A stretch of DNA of 64,000 nucleotides from Vairimorpha necatrix (GCA_036630325.1 CP142735.1:310001-374000); one strand, 5' to 3'. Shown: positions 37,199-51,122, counted from the stretch's first letter. Program-made: numbers and translations. The notes: generated by a model not told the origin, from the sequence alone.

Positions 37199-38086
37199 CC
37201 TACTCACTTAGTTTTTGACATATCTCTTTTTACGTGACTTTTGTTAACTCTAAATTCTCCTTTGTTATTTTTTTGGCTTCACTTGATAAGCATCTTCAGA
37301 TAAGATTTCCGATATTTTGTATCCAGGGAGCCATTTTGAGCTTAATTTATCTTTCCCAGGTAGATTCCTATAGATCATCACGAGTTCACCAACTTCAAGT
37401 TTTTCTTTAATGTCGATTTTCCCTTTGATTATATCTTTTTTGTACTTAATGAAGTTTTTATTTCTTTTCTCAAGCAAGTGTTGCTTGGAATATCTTTTAG
37501 GAATAATTTCAAGTTTCTTATCTACTTCCGTTTGCATCTGATGTCCATGTTTCATAATATACGGGGAGGTTCCAATGGCTCGATTAAAAGAGAGGTTGAT
37601 AGCTAATGTTGCCTTTTTTAAGAAGGGGCTCCAATCTCGTTCTCCAAACAACGACATTCTTCTTAGCGCATTTCTAAGAGTTTGGTTTGCCCTTTCTACT
37701 GCACCTGTTGTCCGATGGCGATATGGGGAGCCAAATTTCCAATTTATATTATATTTTTCCAGCAACGAAGATACTTCTTGGTTGCTAAATTCCAATCCGT
37801 TATCCGTCAAAATCCTTTCTGTTATTTCGTGTTTTCTTATAATTAGCTCTTCTACAGCGTTTTAAATTTCTTTAGAACTTTTGTTATTTAGTATCTTGGC
37901 CTCTATCCATTTTGTGTTATGATTAATGGCTACAAAAACATATTTCGATCCCGTACTTTCGTACATTTTCCCAGTAAATCAATTTCTTAGAGTTCGTTGG
38001 GTCTTTCTGATATAATTGCCTTATTTTTTGTTTTAGTTCTTGGTCCCCTTGACTAAGACATATTGCGCATTGTGAGCAAAATTTTT

Positions 38087-39439
38087 GGTTAAATTGCGAT
38101 GTCCCCCCCCCCACCCCTAAAAAAATAAAAAAAAGAAGGAAAAATAAAAAAAGGGGGGAAAAAGGGGGAACAAAATTTATTCAATTAATTCAAAATCAAA
38201 TTCGGGCGCTAAATCGTAATTTAAAAATGATATATTATCAATCTCAAAAAAGCATAACATTCTTTCAAGTAGTGATTCTCTATAAATTAACTTAAAACGA
38301 GCTATATAAAGTTTTCTAATGAGATATATTAAAGAACCATGGCTTGTTCCTTCTTTGCGCAATTCCCTTTTAATTACAGACCACATTCCCTCAATTGTTT
38401 TGGTGTGGGCGCCTGTTGTTGGATTTACAAAATTTTGGCTATGATTTACAGTTAAATGTAAATAGTTATAATCCGGACATAGTTCCGAAAACCTTTCTTA
38501 ACTCTGCCAACAATCAGTAATAATTGTAGATCCAGGTGCGATTTTCCGTTTTATTAAATCGACAAGAGTAGTTCTTGGTCGATTTTCAACAATTTCGAAA
38601 AAAAAAGAATTGCTGTCTCCTCGTACAACTCCACCAACGGCCCAAACTGGGTATTGAAGGAATCTACTGTTATAGTTTTTACTTTTAACAAGCAATGTGA
38701 TGTATCCCACTCTGAAATACGTCTCCAAAATACTTTTATTAAAATTCAGTTTATTATTAATATTTTTATTGTTTAATCCAGGTCTGTCCCCGGTCGTTGT
38801 TCGGTCTGTTTCCTTAATTCTTTGTTGGTTGTGTTTCATCTTGTATTGTATGGGACAGGGCCAATTTTTATTTATAGCTTTTATTGTTTATTTGGTACCC
38901 AAACAAACAAAACAAAACAATATCAATAAATGTGTGGATCTTTAAGCAAGGATACCACACAATGTCTCGTCTATTTCAACTACGCAATTTAAACCTCCTA
39001 TGGTTTTGTTTTGAAGGTAGTTGAAATTGGATAAGAATACAGCGTTTTTAAAACGCGTAAACCAGCGAGATATGGTACTACTATCTATATCCAATTCGAT
39101 AGTAGCCGATACATTGCTTACACCTTTAACCCATTCACACAGCAAAATTAAAAGATCTTCGATATCTAATCTAGAACTTTTAAAAATGCCTTCTTTGTAA
39201 ATGTTACCTTTGTTTGAGCATTTTCTCCCATTTCGTCGTAAGTAACAACGATATTTGTCCAAATTATCTCTAATTTTAGTCATGGGCGTCATGCACTTAA
39301 TGCACATTGGTACCTTTAATATATTTTTTTCAAGAAGAAATAAAAATAATTCCTCTTTTTTTTATTTTTTCCCCTTTTTTTATTTTTTCCCCCCTTTTTT
39401 TTATTTTTTTAGGGGGGGGGGCAACATCGCAATTTAACC
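38087..39439 (-). mobile_element. Merlin/IS1595-like transposon containing a solo LTR; same family as 57689-60562
   Basis: TIR GGTTAAATTGCGATGT; 8-bp TSD AAATTTTT; VEIDETL and IITDCW. Confidence 0.92.
38698..38959. repeat. Solo LTR inside a Merlin transposase
   Basis: TGATGTATCC...GGATACCACA with 5-bp TSD CAATG; removing it restores EIDETLLVKSK as in the 57689 copy. Confidence 0.8.
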
Positions 39440-40636
39440 AAATTTTTAATATCTCTATGCATGTTTTTCCACGCGTACTTTTTGGAAATCATGAATTTCA
39501 TGGTGTTTGTAGAACCATGGCCCGAAATATTATGGTATTCTATTAGAATTTGTTTTCTGTCCTCTACACTTAGTTCTTGTGTATTTACTTATTTTATTTC
39601 TTTTTGTTGAAAAATTCTACTGAATCCGTCTGCTATACTATCGTCTCACTTTATGTGTTCTATTTTGAAATCGTATTCGGCAAGTTTCAATGACTATCTT
39701 AAGAGTCAAATAGATGGGTCTTTTGTTTGCATGAGATAGATAAGAGCTTTGTGGTCAGTTCTAAGGATAAAATTTTTTTTTTAATAGGTAATGGCGAAAG
39801 TGGCCTATTCCTTTTATCAGGCCCAATAATTCCTTGTCAGTTACTGAATAGTTTTTTTTGGCATTTATCAAGTCTTTTGCTGCATGCCGCGATCATTTTT
39901 CTTAGCCTTTTTCGTTCTCTTGCAATAAAACAGCTATTATTCCTGAATCCGAGGCATCCGTCATAATTATGAATTGCTTCTGAAAATCGGGCTGCGTTCT
40001 AATTGTGCTTTTTCCCATTTCTAATTTCGTTTTATTAAATAAATCTGTTTGTTCTTCGATTAAGTGGATTTTTTTATTGGAACTTAGTTTTTCTCCTTTT
40101 AATATATCATATAGTGGCCCTGTAAGGGATGCTATGTTTTTAATAAAGTCTCTACAGTAATTAACAGTACCTAGGAAGCTTCTTAATTCCTTTATAGTGG
40201 TAGGTATTGGGTAGGTGTTTATTTGACTAATTCTTTCAGGATCAACTTTTATATATCCGTTTCCTAAAATTTTAATTTTATTTTTATAGAACTTACATTT
40301 TTTTTTTATTGAGTGATAACCCAGCGCTCTAATTTTTCCTAACTCTATTTGAAGTGTTTATCGTGGTCGTCCTTGGCTTTAGAATAAATAATGATATCAT
40401 CTAGATAGGGTATTATAAATTTTCTGTTTTCACATCTAAAAATATTGTCCATTGCTCGCTGAAATGTGGCTGGTCGTTGAAAAGTCCAAACGGCATCCTT
40501 TTGTATTCATATAAACGACCCCTAAATGAAAAGGCTGTTTTTTCTTTGTCCTTTTCTTCCATGGGGAGTTGTTGAAATCCACTTGTGGCGTCTAAGATTG
40601 TAAAGAATGATGCTTTACAACAACTATCTAAAATTT

Positions 40637-41739
40637 GGTGCATCTTTAGTAACGGGCCAGAAGGTAAGGGTCCCCCTTATAAACAAAAAATTTAGAAAAA
40701 ATACATAAAAAAAATATAATAAGGCAGTTTTAATTCAATAACTTAGATAATAGATCAAGAAATCCATGATAAAAGCCGTTTATGTCGTCTTCTCGCAACA
40801 TTTTCTTTCTAAACATAAACTCGTCTAGCCAAGTATCTATTTCAGACCGTTTTACTCCATGTTCTTTTGTCATCTCTGATTTTAATTGTGACCAGACGTT
40901 TTCAATGTTATTTGTATGTATGCCATCAGTTGATAAGAATCCTATAGAATGATTAACGACATGATGATCCAAACATAAGTTCTCGGCAACACGAGGATAA
41001 CTCGGATGCCCGTCACTGTGTAGCACCGAACCCACGCCAATTTTTCCCTCTAAAGCGGCTGTAAGGCATTCAACCGTTCTATTTTCTACTCTCTTAATGT
41101 AAAAATTTGAAGGGTTTTGTGTATCAATTATGCCTACGATCCAAACGGTGTCCCTTATGTAATCATCGGCGCTTTTAGGGGACCGTATTTTACCCCTTCT
41201 GCAAATTACGGATTCGTCTACTTGGATAACTTGACCCGGTCCACCTATTACCATTCTATTTCGGATGGTTTCCCTAAAAATACTTCTTAACCTTGCTTTA
41301 GCCGATGAAATTGTAGCAGTAGAAATACCTAATCTCGCCATTATCTGAAAGTAAGAGTTCCTACACAGTATCATAAAGATAAGATCGCAAAAAGTAAATA
41401 ATGGCAGTTTGCAGCCTTTATTAATAGCTTCCCTGACATTGCATTTGTAATTCATGCAACGATACGCTCCTCTAGTAACGACCACTTCTATCCTAGGCCC
41501 TAACTTCATTATAGAGCCACACTTGGTGCATTATTTTTCTTCTTTTAGAACTTCTAAATACACTAAAGACTCTAAACAGGCGTCTAAGTCATGAAAAAGT
41601 CTTTGTATTAGCACAAGCTGCATTTTGGTGCTTTTCTTTAGTAACGGGCCAGAGTTTTCAAAATTTGTATTCTCCATTTAGGGGGGTAAAAATTATTTTT
41701 TAAAACTGTAAAATTCTGGCCCGTTACTAAAGATGCACC
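40637..41739 (-). mobile_element. Merlin/IS1595-like transposon (ORF 40730-41509; N-terminus disrupted)
   Basis: Perfect TIR GGTGCATCTTTAGTAACGGGCCAGAA; 8-bp TSD TAAAATTT; IQVDES, LHSDGHPSY, HTNNIENVW. Confidence 0.95.
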
Positions 41740-42162
41740 TAAAATTTCGTCAATATTGGGGGAAATATATGAGTCTTGACTGTTATGGAATTTAATCCCC
41801 CTATAATCTATGCATATACTCCAAGTTTTATCGGGGTTCGAAACCATGACTATCCTACTGCACCAGGGCTTTTACTATCTTTGATTATTCCCAGCTTATA
41901 CAATTTCTGAATTTATTTTTCAATTATGTCCTCTTGTGCAACCGGTATCCTACCATTTCTTTGGCAAATTGTTTTTTTGAAATTAACTTCTATGCTATGT
42001 TTACCAGCTGTACATAAATTAAATTCTCCTATTTCCGTCTTAAAAAAGTCTTTAAATTCTTCCTCTAACTTTGATTTTGAAAAAATCGTTACAGTATTAA
42101 CTTTTTGTTTAGCATTTGTAGATATTTCTGTAAATATTTCAGTGACCAATAGCAAATTTCTT

Positions 42163-43168
42163 GGCTAAAGTCCACTTAAGCACGCAAATTTCGATATATG
42201 GTTTTTTGTGTTTTTTTGTGCCCCTTTTTTAAAAAATGGAGGAGAAAAATGTGGAGGAAGGAACAAAAATTAAAATTAGAACAACAAATTTAATAATGCA
42301 TCAAAAACAGAATTTAAATTTTTTTTTCTGGAGCATATACCTAAATAAATAAAGTTTTGCACTATTAACTGATTTATTTCTATTGGGTATAGAATTTTTA
42401 AGGGAACTCCAATTACCTTCTATGGTATTGGTATGAACTCCCGTATTTAGGTCCCTGAAATACAATGAATAATTAACCATATGATGTTGGTCAAATAAAG
42501 TACCCAAAGAATTGTAGGCTCTCCACATATCGCTATATAAAATAGTATCTCTACTTTCATATTTCACCAGAAGATCAGTTAGTTTTTCTTTATCCCTTTT
42601 TTCATATGTGAATTATAATTCTACGTTCTATGGTTCGTTCGACCATGCCAAAACACCAGAAGCCTTTCATTAATTTACCTCTATTGTATTTTTTTTTCCA
42701 ATTTTTGATTTGTCGATTTCTACTATTATCCCTTGTCCACCCAGCATGTCAGAGAGATAAATATTTTTCGTAAATGCATATTTCCTATAGTTTTTTCAAT
42801 AATGAAAATATTGATTTTTCGTACAACCTAAAATTTGACAAATATGCCTTAGAGAATAACCGATAACCCACATGTTATGTATCTGTAAACATGTTATATG
42901 ATTGAGTTTACAGTTATCAAAGAACGTATCATGCCAAATGGAAATTGAATTTTTACAATCTTTCCAAGTACACTTTAAGATACTACAGTGTTTTCTTTCT
43001 TTCCTCATTCTACTATAACATATATCACAGAATTTATTTTATAATTTCACTATTAAATCATTATATATGATTTCTAATTCTTCTCTCGTTAAAATTCTCT
43101 CCTCCATTTTTTTAAAAAGGGGCAAAAAACCCTATATCGAATTTTGCGTGCCAAAGTGGACATTAGCC
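42163..43168 (-). mobile_element. Merlin/IS1595-like transposon related to 13922-14944
   Basis: TIR GGCTAA(A/T)GTCCACTT; 8-bp TSD AATTTCTT; ORFs 42301-42567 and 42796-43008. Confidence 0.92.
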
Positions 43169-43558
43169 AATTTCTTTTTATACCCTCGGATCCTAGAATT
43201 ATCCGCCGCGTATCATGCTTATTAATGGAGAGAATGTAAATGTTTTATTTTTTTATTGTTATTGTACAATTTTTTAGTTGCCCAACAATTTTTAACGTGT
43301 TATTTCCCGCTCTTTTGACGATCCCCGAATATGTGTTGATGTGTTTATGTAGATGTTTCGGGATGTCTGGATGTCCAATGAGTGACTTATCAGCACCAGT
43401 ATCTGCAAAAACGCTTTTCTTTTTATTATATATAACTTTTTATGAAAAAATGATTGTCGTCGTTAATAACTCTGCATAAGGAATAAAAATATTTTTATTT
43501 ATTTTTTTTGTCTAGTTCCGCTTCTTCTTTATATTTAAATTGCTAGGGTATTTTTTTT

Positions 43559-44063
43559 GGATCACGTGTATAATACGACATATCCAAAAAAAAATCAAAT
43601 TTTCGCAGATTTAGATATAAAATAAAAGATAAAATATTGATTTTTTTATTCAAAAACATACAGGAACCCAAGTAAAATAGTTAGAGTTCAGCTTCTATAT
43701 TTATCTTTAAACATAATTTCATCCAGATAATATTGTAATACTTCTTTTTTGGATCATGTGTATAATACGACATAATATGTGGTATTATGCACATGATCCC
43801 AAGAAAATTATTTTAAAATAAATATGAATTACACTTTAACTTGTAAAATCATTTTCATCTTCTTTTTAAAAAGCAACAAGGTACTGCCAAGACAATGCAA
43901 ATAAGTTTTTTCTTTTTAAATTTCGATCAAAGGACCTACTTCATAGGTCCTAATGACAAAAGTTGTTCCAATCTTGAGGTTATGTTTCTCGTTTTTTGAG
44001 TAAAGAAAAAAATATTTTTAATGGGTATTATACGACAAATATGTCGTATAATACCCATGATCC
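43559..44063. mobile_element. Non-autonomous Merlin derivative (MITE) of the 47094 family, with an internal 49-bp TIR-TIR palindrome (43751-43799)
   Basis: Ends GGATCACGTGTATAATACGACATA and TATGTCGTATAATACCCATGATCC; T-rich flanks; no transposase ORF. Confidence 0.8.
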
Positions 44064-45084
44064 TTTTTTCTTCCATCCTCGATAATTTAAGTCAATTTAT
44101 TGCATTCTTTAGTAGCATGGGATCCTTCTTATGTACGATACAATACTTTTTGTTTTTGTGTGAGTTTCCTGTTTCTCTATCTCCGTTAGACGGTCCTTTG
44201 CCACGGGGTTTCCTTATAAGTTGGCCTTTTACCATAACTATAAGCGTTCAATTGATTATTTCCGTAATCTTCCACTCTTGACAACATTTTATTTGGATAA
44301 GCTATCAAAGATATTTCTTCTGCCATTTGAATAAAGTTTTCCCATGTTTCGGCAGATTTTGAAGCTTGAAATAACAGTGGCTTAATCACTGATGGGGATT
44401 TAAGATGGTCATTTTACACAATGCATTTAAGTATATTAAATTTCTTCCCGAGATGATAGTCGATTGCGTTAGCATTTTAAAAAATCTTCTCCTGTTTCTG
44501 GTATAAGGAGAGAGAGGAAACTGCTTAAATTAATAATATCGTCTTTGTTTGCACCAAATCTGACTTTTAACATTTTTACAAAGTCTCCGAGAGGCATAGA
44601 ATTTATCTTTCCAACTAAAATTTGGGATGCCCAAATATAACCATTCCCTTTCATTTTGAAAATTAACCCTTTTTTATTTCTTGCTCTGTCCATATAGAAA
44701 CATCCCCCAACAACATGATATCTCTTATCCAAGTGGAAACGTTTTCACTTGGCTCCTTCGAAAAATAATTGGCATTTTTGTAGTAGTCGCCATGTCAAAT
44801 TGTTTATTCTGATTTTCCATCCCCTCTTTTAAAAATGTTTTTAAATAGTTTTAGAAGCCAACCAAATACTTACATTTGTCGTAAGAAGATTGGCTAGTTT
44901 TTGATGGGCTACGACAACGTCAAACTCCAATTATGCTTTAAAGGCCTAAAACTACCATGTTTGGGACAACTATACTTTTGTTTCCTGAGATGTCAAAACT
45001 ATCTTTCTCAATTATTTAATCAAATGCACCCCGCGGGACGAAACTAAGGAAAGAAAAGGATATGGAAAACTCCACAATACTAAA

Positions 45085-45319
45085 TGTCAAGGGACAGGTC
45101 TCCAGTGATCCTAGGATGGCCCTGGAGACAAGAGAATACCATTAAGTAGATATTCTCCTCCTTTGTATTATTCGTGTTTTGGCGGGGAAATGTGCCAGAT
45201 TTTCCCGCCCATAAACATAAAAGAAAATCATTCTCAGAAGGAGATGAAGATGAGAAAGAATAATAAACAAGTTAATAGTAAACCTTCTTCACAGACTGTT
45301 GGACCAACAACAGTTCACA
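45085..45319. repeat. Solo LTR
   Basis: TGTCAAGGG...GTTCACA flanked by 5-bp TSD CTAAA. Confidence 0.65.
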
Positions 45320-47093
45320 CTAAACAATAATAAATACATTACTTATGAAGAGCATTTAAAGCAGGCAGAAGCCAGCTTCATACTTATGCTCCCCATTATG
45401 TTTCTTGTTTGTTTCTACATAGACTAAGCTTTATGATGAAAAAATATTGAACATCTTTACGTTTTGTGTAGAAAAGAATGTATATATTGTAGACTGTTTT
45501 TCTACAACATGTCAATTTTTTAGAAAATTATTTACTATAAATAATTTTTATAGAACAAGGGCACAAAAAAGAGAGAAATATGAGAAACATATTCAAAGGA
45601 AGATAAAGAAGCAATAAACAAAATTGATAAATAAATTATAGAGAGGTTTTGATTTGCCGAAAAGGTTTCCCCAGGAAACTCCACGCGAAAACAAGAGGTA
45701 GTAGAATACAAGCTCAAACATCAGAGACTAATAAATAAGAAAATTGTAAAACTAAATTATACTTTTATAGGAACTAAAATAAAAATTAAACCGGAACTTA
45801 ATCCTATTGATGATATTCAGCAATTTGACATGTGCGAGTGGTTCGAAACATATGAGAAAATATGTGGAAGAAACAATTGGAGCCTAAGCAATACGAGCTC
45901 ATTTTAAGAGATCAGATTTCAGATAAGTCACTAGATGATAAAATTTTCGAAGGAGATCTAACTAAAAAGACAGATAGAACTTTTGGAAGAATATATAGTG
46001 CGGACCAAGCAGAGATGGATGGATAAAATTTATACCGCGAACAAATAAATTTTGTGAGAATTAGAGAACATTATGAATATATCAACAAGAACATTGAATA
46101 CCGTAGTGTTAGCAAATAAGATCAATAAAAGAATAAAATAAAATTTTTGGGAATGCTCTAAGAGAGGCTTAGGTAAAAAACTCCAGAGACTCTTAATTTA
46201 AAGTCTTGAAGGCTACAACATTGAAGCATACTTGACTAAACTAAGGACTATTGAAGAAGAAATCCTAAAATTAAATATTCATAATAATGGTAATAGAAAG
46301 AAAGAAACGATTTGTTAAACACACATATTAATAATTACACTATAAAAAGTAAATGGTGTAGATGTCATAAGCATAACGGACAAATCTCCGGGGATTGCTT
46401 TACAAAATAAAGATAAGAAGGCTCATTATGATAACCAAACAATAAGAAATGAAATGAGTGTGACGGAAAAAGTGAAAGATTTCATCCGAAAAATTATGGT
46501 AAGTGTCGAAATCAATGGCGTTAAAATAAAAATGTTACTAGATAGGAGAGCTAGCAGAAGCTTCGTAATGAAGAAATATGTTAAGAAGCTAAACTTACAG
46601 TCCAGATAAAATAAATAATCAAAACTTATATGGCAAATGGAGAGTGATCGATAGTTTTAGGTCAACAGAATTTAATTAAAAATTCGAAGTATTGGATAAA
46701 GATTATAGTGTTAAATCATACTTTTTTGTTAGATGTACCCACGATGTAAACTTAAAGGGGGGGGGGTTTATTGTGTAACAACAACTGTGTTTGGGATTAC
46801 AAAAATAAGGTTATAATTTGCGATGAGGAAATAATCAAAAACATTGGTTATGAAAAGGTAACGTAAAGATATCCTTAAGGTAATATTCGGTAGATTATGC
46901 GTAGTTGTAGATTTTAAAGGGAAAATGAAGATAAGAATATATGAAATAATTATATAAAAGAAACTAGAGATTCAATTTGAAGTTTAAAGGGAATAAGATT
47001 AAGAAAGTAAAAATAAAGTATCAAAAAAGGAAATTAGAATAAAAAGGTTAAAAATATGAGAATAATAGGTGAACGTAAAACTGATAAAATAAT

Positions 47094-49404
47094 GAATCAT
47101 GGGTATAATACGACATATTATGTCGTATTATACCCGTTAAAAATATTTTTTATTTTTTACCCTCAAAATGAGAAATAGAACTTCAAGATTGGAACAAATT
47201 GTAAGAATTCGAAGCTTCGAAGTAGAATATGTGATCGAGATATTAAGAAGAAAAAATTTGTTACTTACTTGTTTAAAGTGTAAGTATTGTCATGAATATA
47301 TGTCAGAAAGAATTAAAAAAGATGTAATCGATGGAAGAGCTTGGGTATGTTATAATTCTAAATGTGTAAAAGCATTATCGACTTATAGCATACGCACTAA
47401 TTCTTGTTTTATGATTAAAATTGAGTTTATCTGATGTCTGGACAGTTATAATTTTGTGGCTAGAGAATAAAAATATAATGTCAGTTTCTCATAGTTATGG
47501 AATTAATCGAAAGACTGTTTCTAAAATATATTCTAAATTACGTATTTTAGTATCAAACCACTTATTAGAGGATCCTGTTTTGCTTGGAGGAACTGGAATT
47601 GTATGCCAAGTGGACGAATCTTTATTTTGTCACAAGCAGAAATATCATGTTGGTAGGGTGTCAGATCATCAAGTATGGATATTCGGGCGCTACTTCATTT
47701 TCTTGCCCCCCCTAGAAAAAAAATTATTTAGAAGAAATTTTATTTATTCCAACCTACAAAGTTTTAAAATTTTTATATAAGCACACCTATGATCATCATT
47801 ATTAAAATAATTGATATTTTTTTTTCCAAGCGAATTCTTTTAGAAATAAATTTATCCTATGCCTTTTAAGCCCCATTCTCGATCTATATTCATTCTTCAA
47901 ATGGGACCACAAATTTTCTATATTATTTGTGTGGTCTCCTTCCGCATTTATAAACCCAAGCGATTGATTTACTTTGTAATGTTCACTCCCAAAATTTTTT
48001 AGAGGCTGGGGGCATAAAGGGTATCCATCAGAAATTATAATAGAGCCACGTTTTACTCTGTGTCTAAAAAACTCTTCAATAGTACCAGATTGTCGATTTG
48101 GTAGCAATTCAAGAACAAATTCTCTACAGTTACCTTCTACTATGCCGCCTATAATCCATTGAATTCCAGACATGGAATCCAAAGTTGAAGGAGGATTGGA
48201 TACAATTTCCCCATTGCATATGGCGGTTTCATCAAATTGTACACAAACAGAAGTTCCTCATATTTGGTAGCTATCATCGCTTTTAGAAGCAATGACTTCC
48301 ATCACTGTATTCTTGATTTTAATATATGAATTTTCACATATTTTGCAAAGATATATTGCTTGGTAAGTAGTATAATTTAATGCCCAGCCATAGAATGCTC
48401 TAAGAATTCTGTGAAATTGAACGCTTATCCCTTTAAAATCGTACCATTTTTAAGTGAGCTCTTCGAACTACACTTTTTATTAACACAACGATAAGCTTTG
48501 CCGTCAATTTAGCCGGAACATCCATTAATGTTCATAAGAACAGTTCGTTCTGATGTCGAACAATGTCTGCAAGCAATCGATCTTTTTAGAAGACTATTAT
48601 CTAAAAAAAATCAATTACTGCTTCATTGTGCCTAAAGCACGCATCTTCGCAGATATTTAGCTCCCGAATAGCTTCCTTTAAATTTCTTATTAAGGATTAA
48701 AAAAATAAAATTTTTTAACCCCTTAATGAGGAATCTGAAGGAGGCATTTAAAAATTCTCAAATCGACAAAAAATACCTTAACTTCATTTTCTTGCCCCCC
48801 TCAAAAAAAAATGTTTAGATTTGAAAAATAACACGATTTTGTATTTTTTATGTATGTTTTTTTTAGGGGGGGCAAGAAAATGAAGTAGCGCCGATATTCG
48901 GTATAGTCGAGACAAGCTTCATACCGGCAAAAGGATATATGAAGGTAGTAACTAATAGATCTGCTGAAACTCTACGGCCTATAATTAAAAGTGTTTGTAA
49001 AGAGGGGGCTATTATATATAGCGATGAATAGGCGACTTACAAAAAAATAGAGGAAATATTAGGCTTCGAGCATCACACAGTAAACCATTCTATTAACTTT
49101 GTGAATACTAACACAGGAGTTCATGCCCAACATGTAGAATCATACTGGGCTAAACAAAAATACAACATCAAAAAAATGAAAGGTATAAAAAAAGAAGTAT
49201 TACAATATTATCTCGATGAAATTATGTTTAAAGATAAATATAGAAGCCGGACTCTAACTATTTTGCTTGGTTTACTGTTTGTTTTTGAATAAAAAATCTT
49301 CACTTTATTTTTTATATTATATCTAAATCTGCGAAAATTTTATTTTTTTGATATGTCGTATTATACCCACTAGGTGGCAATATGTCGTATTATACCCATG
49401 ATCC
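47094..49404 (+). mobile_element. Merlin/IS1595-like transposon with a nested Merlin
   Basis: TIR G(A/G)ATCATGGGTATAATACGACATATT; 8-bp TSD AAAATAAT; CQVDESLF before the insert, HAQHVESYW after. Confidence 0.92.
47686..48892 (-). mobile_element. Merlin/IS1595-like transposon nested in 47094-49404
   Basis: TIR GGCGCTACTTCATTTTCTTGCCCCCC; 8-bp TSD GATATTCG; SDGYP and HTNNIENLW. Confidence 0.93.
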
Positions 49405-49990
49405 AAAATAATTAAAGAAAAAACAAAAAGAGAATAAAACTGCATTAAATATTCATGGTAAAGTTATAAAAAGAAGGAAATTATTAATGCATTAGATCGG
49501 CCAAGAAATAAAATGAAAATAATTTTAAACGGAAAAGGTCGAATATTTAGTTCATATAAGAAACATCTCAAAAAAATTGGTAAAAATGCATAAAACGAAA
49601 TATAATATTATAAAAGAAAGGAAAGGGCTACCGTGCAACGTGATGGTGTAGAAGAAAGACATAAAACGTAACTTGTATAGATTTGGGGTGGGGCAGGGGG
49701 CTGTAGACTGTGTTTCTACTACATTTTATTTTATTTCCCTTTTTGTCAAAACAATGAATGAATTTTCAAAAAAAACTATTTACTATAAATAAAATTCCAG
49801 AAAGGAAGAGGACGAGAGAAGTGATGAAGGTTAGGAGCAAGGGGCGGAATGCTTTAGAGTATAGGGACAAATACTAATAAAAGAATTTATTTAAAGTATT
49901 ATTGAATACTATTTTTTAATCGGGAAGGGTTACCCGATATACCACATTAATACACTAGGAAAATAAATAACTTGGTTCTATTAATGTTAG

Positions 49991-50348
49991 TGTGACACGG
50001 GCTGCCTCCCTGGCTGCTCGGTGTGTCTAAATAAGATTTTTTAGTAAATTGTTTATTGTAATTCTGCTCTTTCATATCTCGGTGGAGGGCTAGAAATAAT
50101 TCCTTTTTATAGTTTTATTTTCCCGCCCATTCATCTTTCAAGAAAAGGCGGGATATTTATGGATAATAGAAGTTAGCATATTTTGAGTGTTATAGCGTTT
50201 CTAAATACTTTGTATTCTGTTCCTCGTTTGTTTACGATGAGTCATTGTAAACAAACGGCATCTCAGTCATTTGACAGTTCTGACTGAGGGATTAGCATTT
50301 ATAACTCCTCTGTTATCTCTAGTGGGTCTGGAAGGATGTCGTGTGACA
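49991..50348. repeat. Solo LTR (family of 8429-8791)
   Basis: TGTGACACG...CGTGTGACA with TSD GTTAG. Confidence 0.87.
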
Positions 50349-50799
50349 GTTAGTTTTTATTAAATGCATAAGTCAACTAAAAATCAAAAGGAATGACAAC
50401 TTAAATATAAATTATAGAAACAATTTTAATTTAGTATTCATATCGAAATCGTATCAAAAAATTCATTTTTTTATTAAATCAGTATCTTAACTTAATATCT
50501 AAGACAAACCATTTTGAATTATAGTTATTTTAATCTCAAAATGTAACTTGAATATATAAATAGCAGGGGTTTAAACGAATAACAAAAATTATTAATTTCA
50601 TTAAAGTAATGAGTAAACTACAAAATAACACTTCGATTATTTATTTTGTTCGTGCCATCAATCAATTTTAGTTAAAATCAATTAAAAAACTATTTAAGGA
50701 AATTAACAGTAACTCAACTCCAATGAAAGGAAGGGAGTAACAAAAAAAAATATAAGAAACCACCTCAATAGTGTTATATTTACTTCTATTGGCCTTTAC

Positions 50800-50978
50800 A
50801 ATGCTTTGCTGTGGATTCTCATTTAGAACTAATGAATTATATAAAGAATCAGAATGACTTAATCCTTTTTGAATATATTCGGGGGGGGGGGGGGCGTTCC
50901 TGTCCCGATCTTCTTTGATATTGATCTTAAAATAGACGAAGAAGAATTTGATAAGCCGAGGAAAATTGCTGATGATTT
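50800..50978 (+). pseudogene. N-terminal piece of an AEP primase (motif I), part of the split primase-helicase gene
   Basis: FAVDSHLELMNYIKNQNDLILFEYIR, a G14 frameshift, then GVPVPIFFDIDLKIDEEEFDKPRKIADD; reads on in frame at 57624 (LIKKVEDFLKK) once the insertion with TSD GATTT is removed. Confidence 0.65.
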
Positions 50979-51122
50979 TGTGATGTACATTACTACATCA
51001 AATGTACAGATGTCAAAACCATCATCTGTCACTTATGTCTGAAGACATTCAGCCATTAAAGTGGGTTGTCGAGATGAGTCACATAAACAAACAAACAAAC
51101 GAATGTTGCATGGTTGTTACTA

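Larger units (their letters stand above)
36089..44916 (-). mobile_element. Old Ty3/Gypsy element with ~123-bp diverged LTRs, carrying five Merlin-type insertions
   Basis: LTRs 36089-36211 and 44793-44916 are clearly related but diverged, TSD not matched; gag 44186-44820, protease ADTGADKS ~43390, RT (YLDD ~40400), RNase H ~39700-40000, integrase 37265-38080. Confidence 0.85.
45488..49946 (+). mobile_element. Highly degraded LTR element (gag and protease remnants only), hosting Merlin 47094-49404
   Basis: LTR starts TGTAGACTGT at 45488 and 49702; G-rich PPT before 49702; EWFETYEKICGRNNW, KWCRCHKH and MLLDRRASRSF remnants; 3' boundary uncertain. Confidence 0.55.

Noticed and set aside
45025-45050. 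Hammerhead-like GGGACGAAAC
   Set aside because: No correctly placed CTGANGA core or closing stems.
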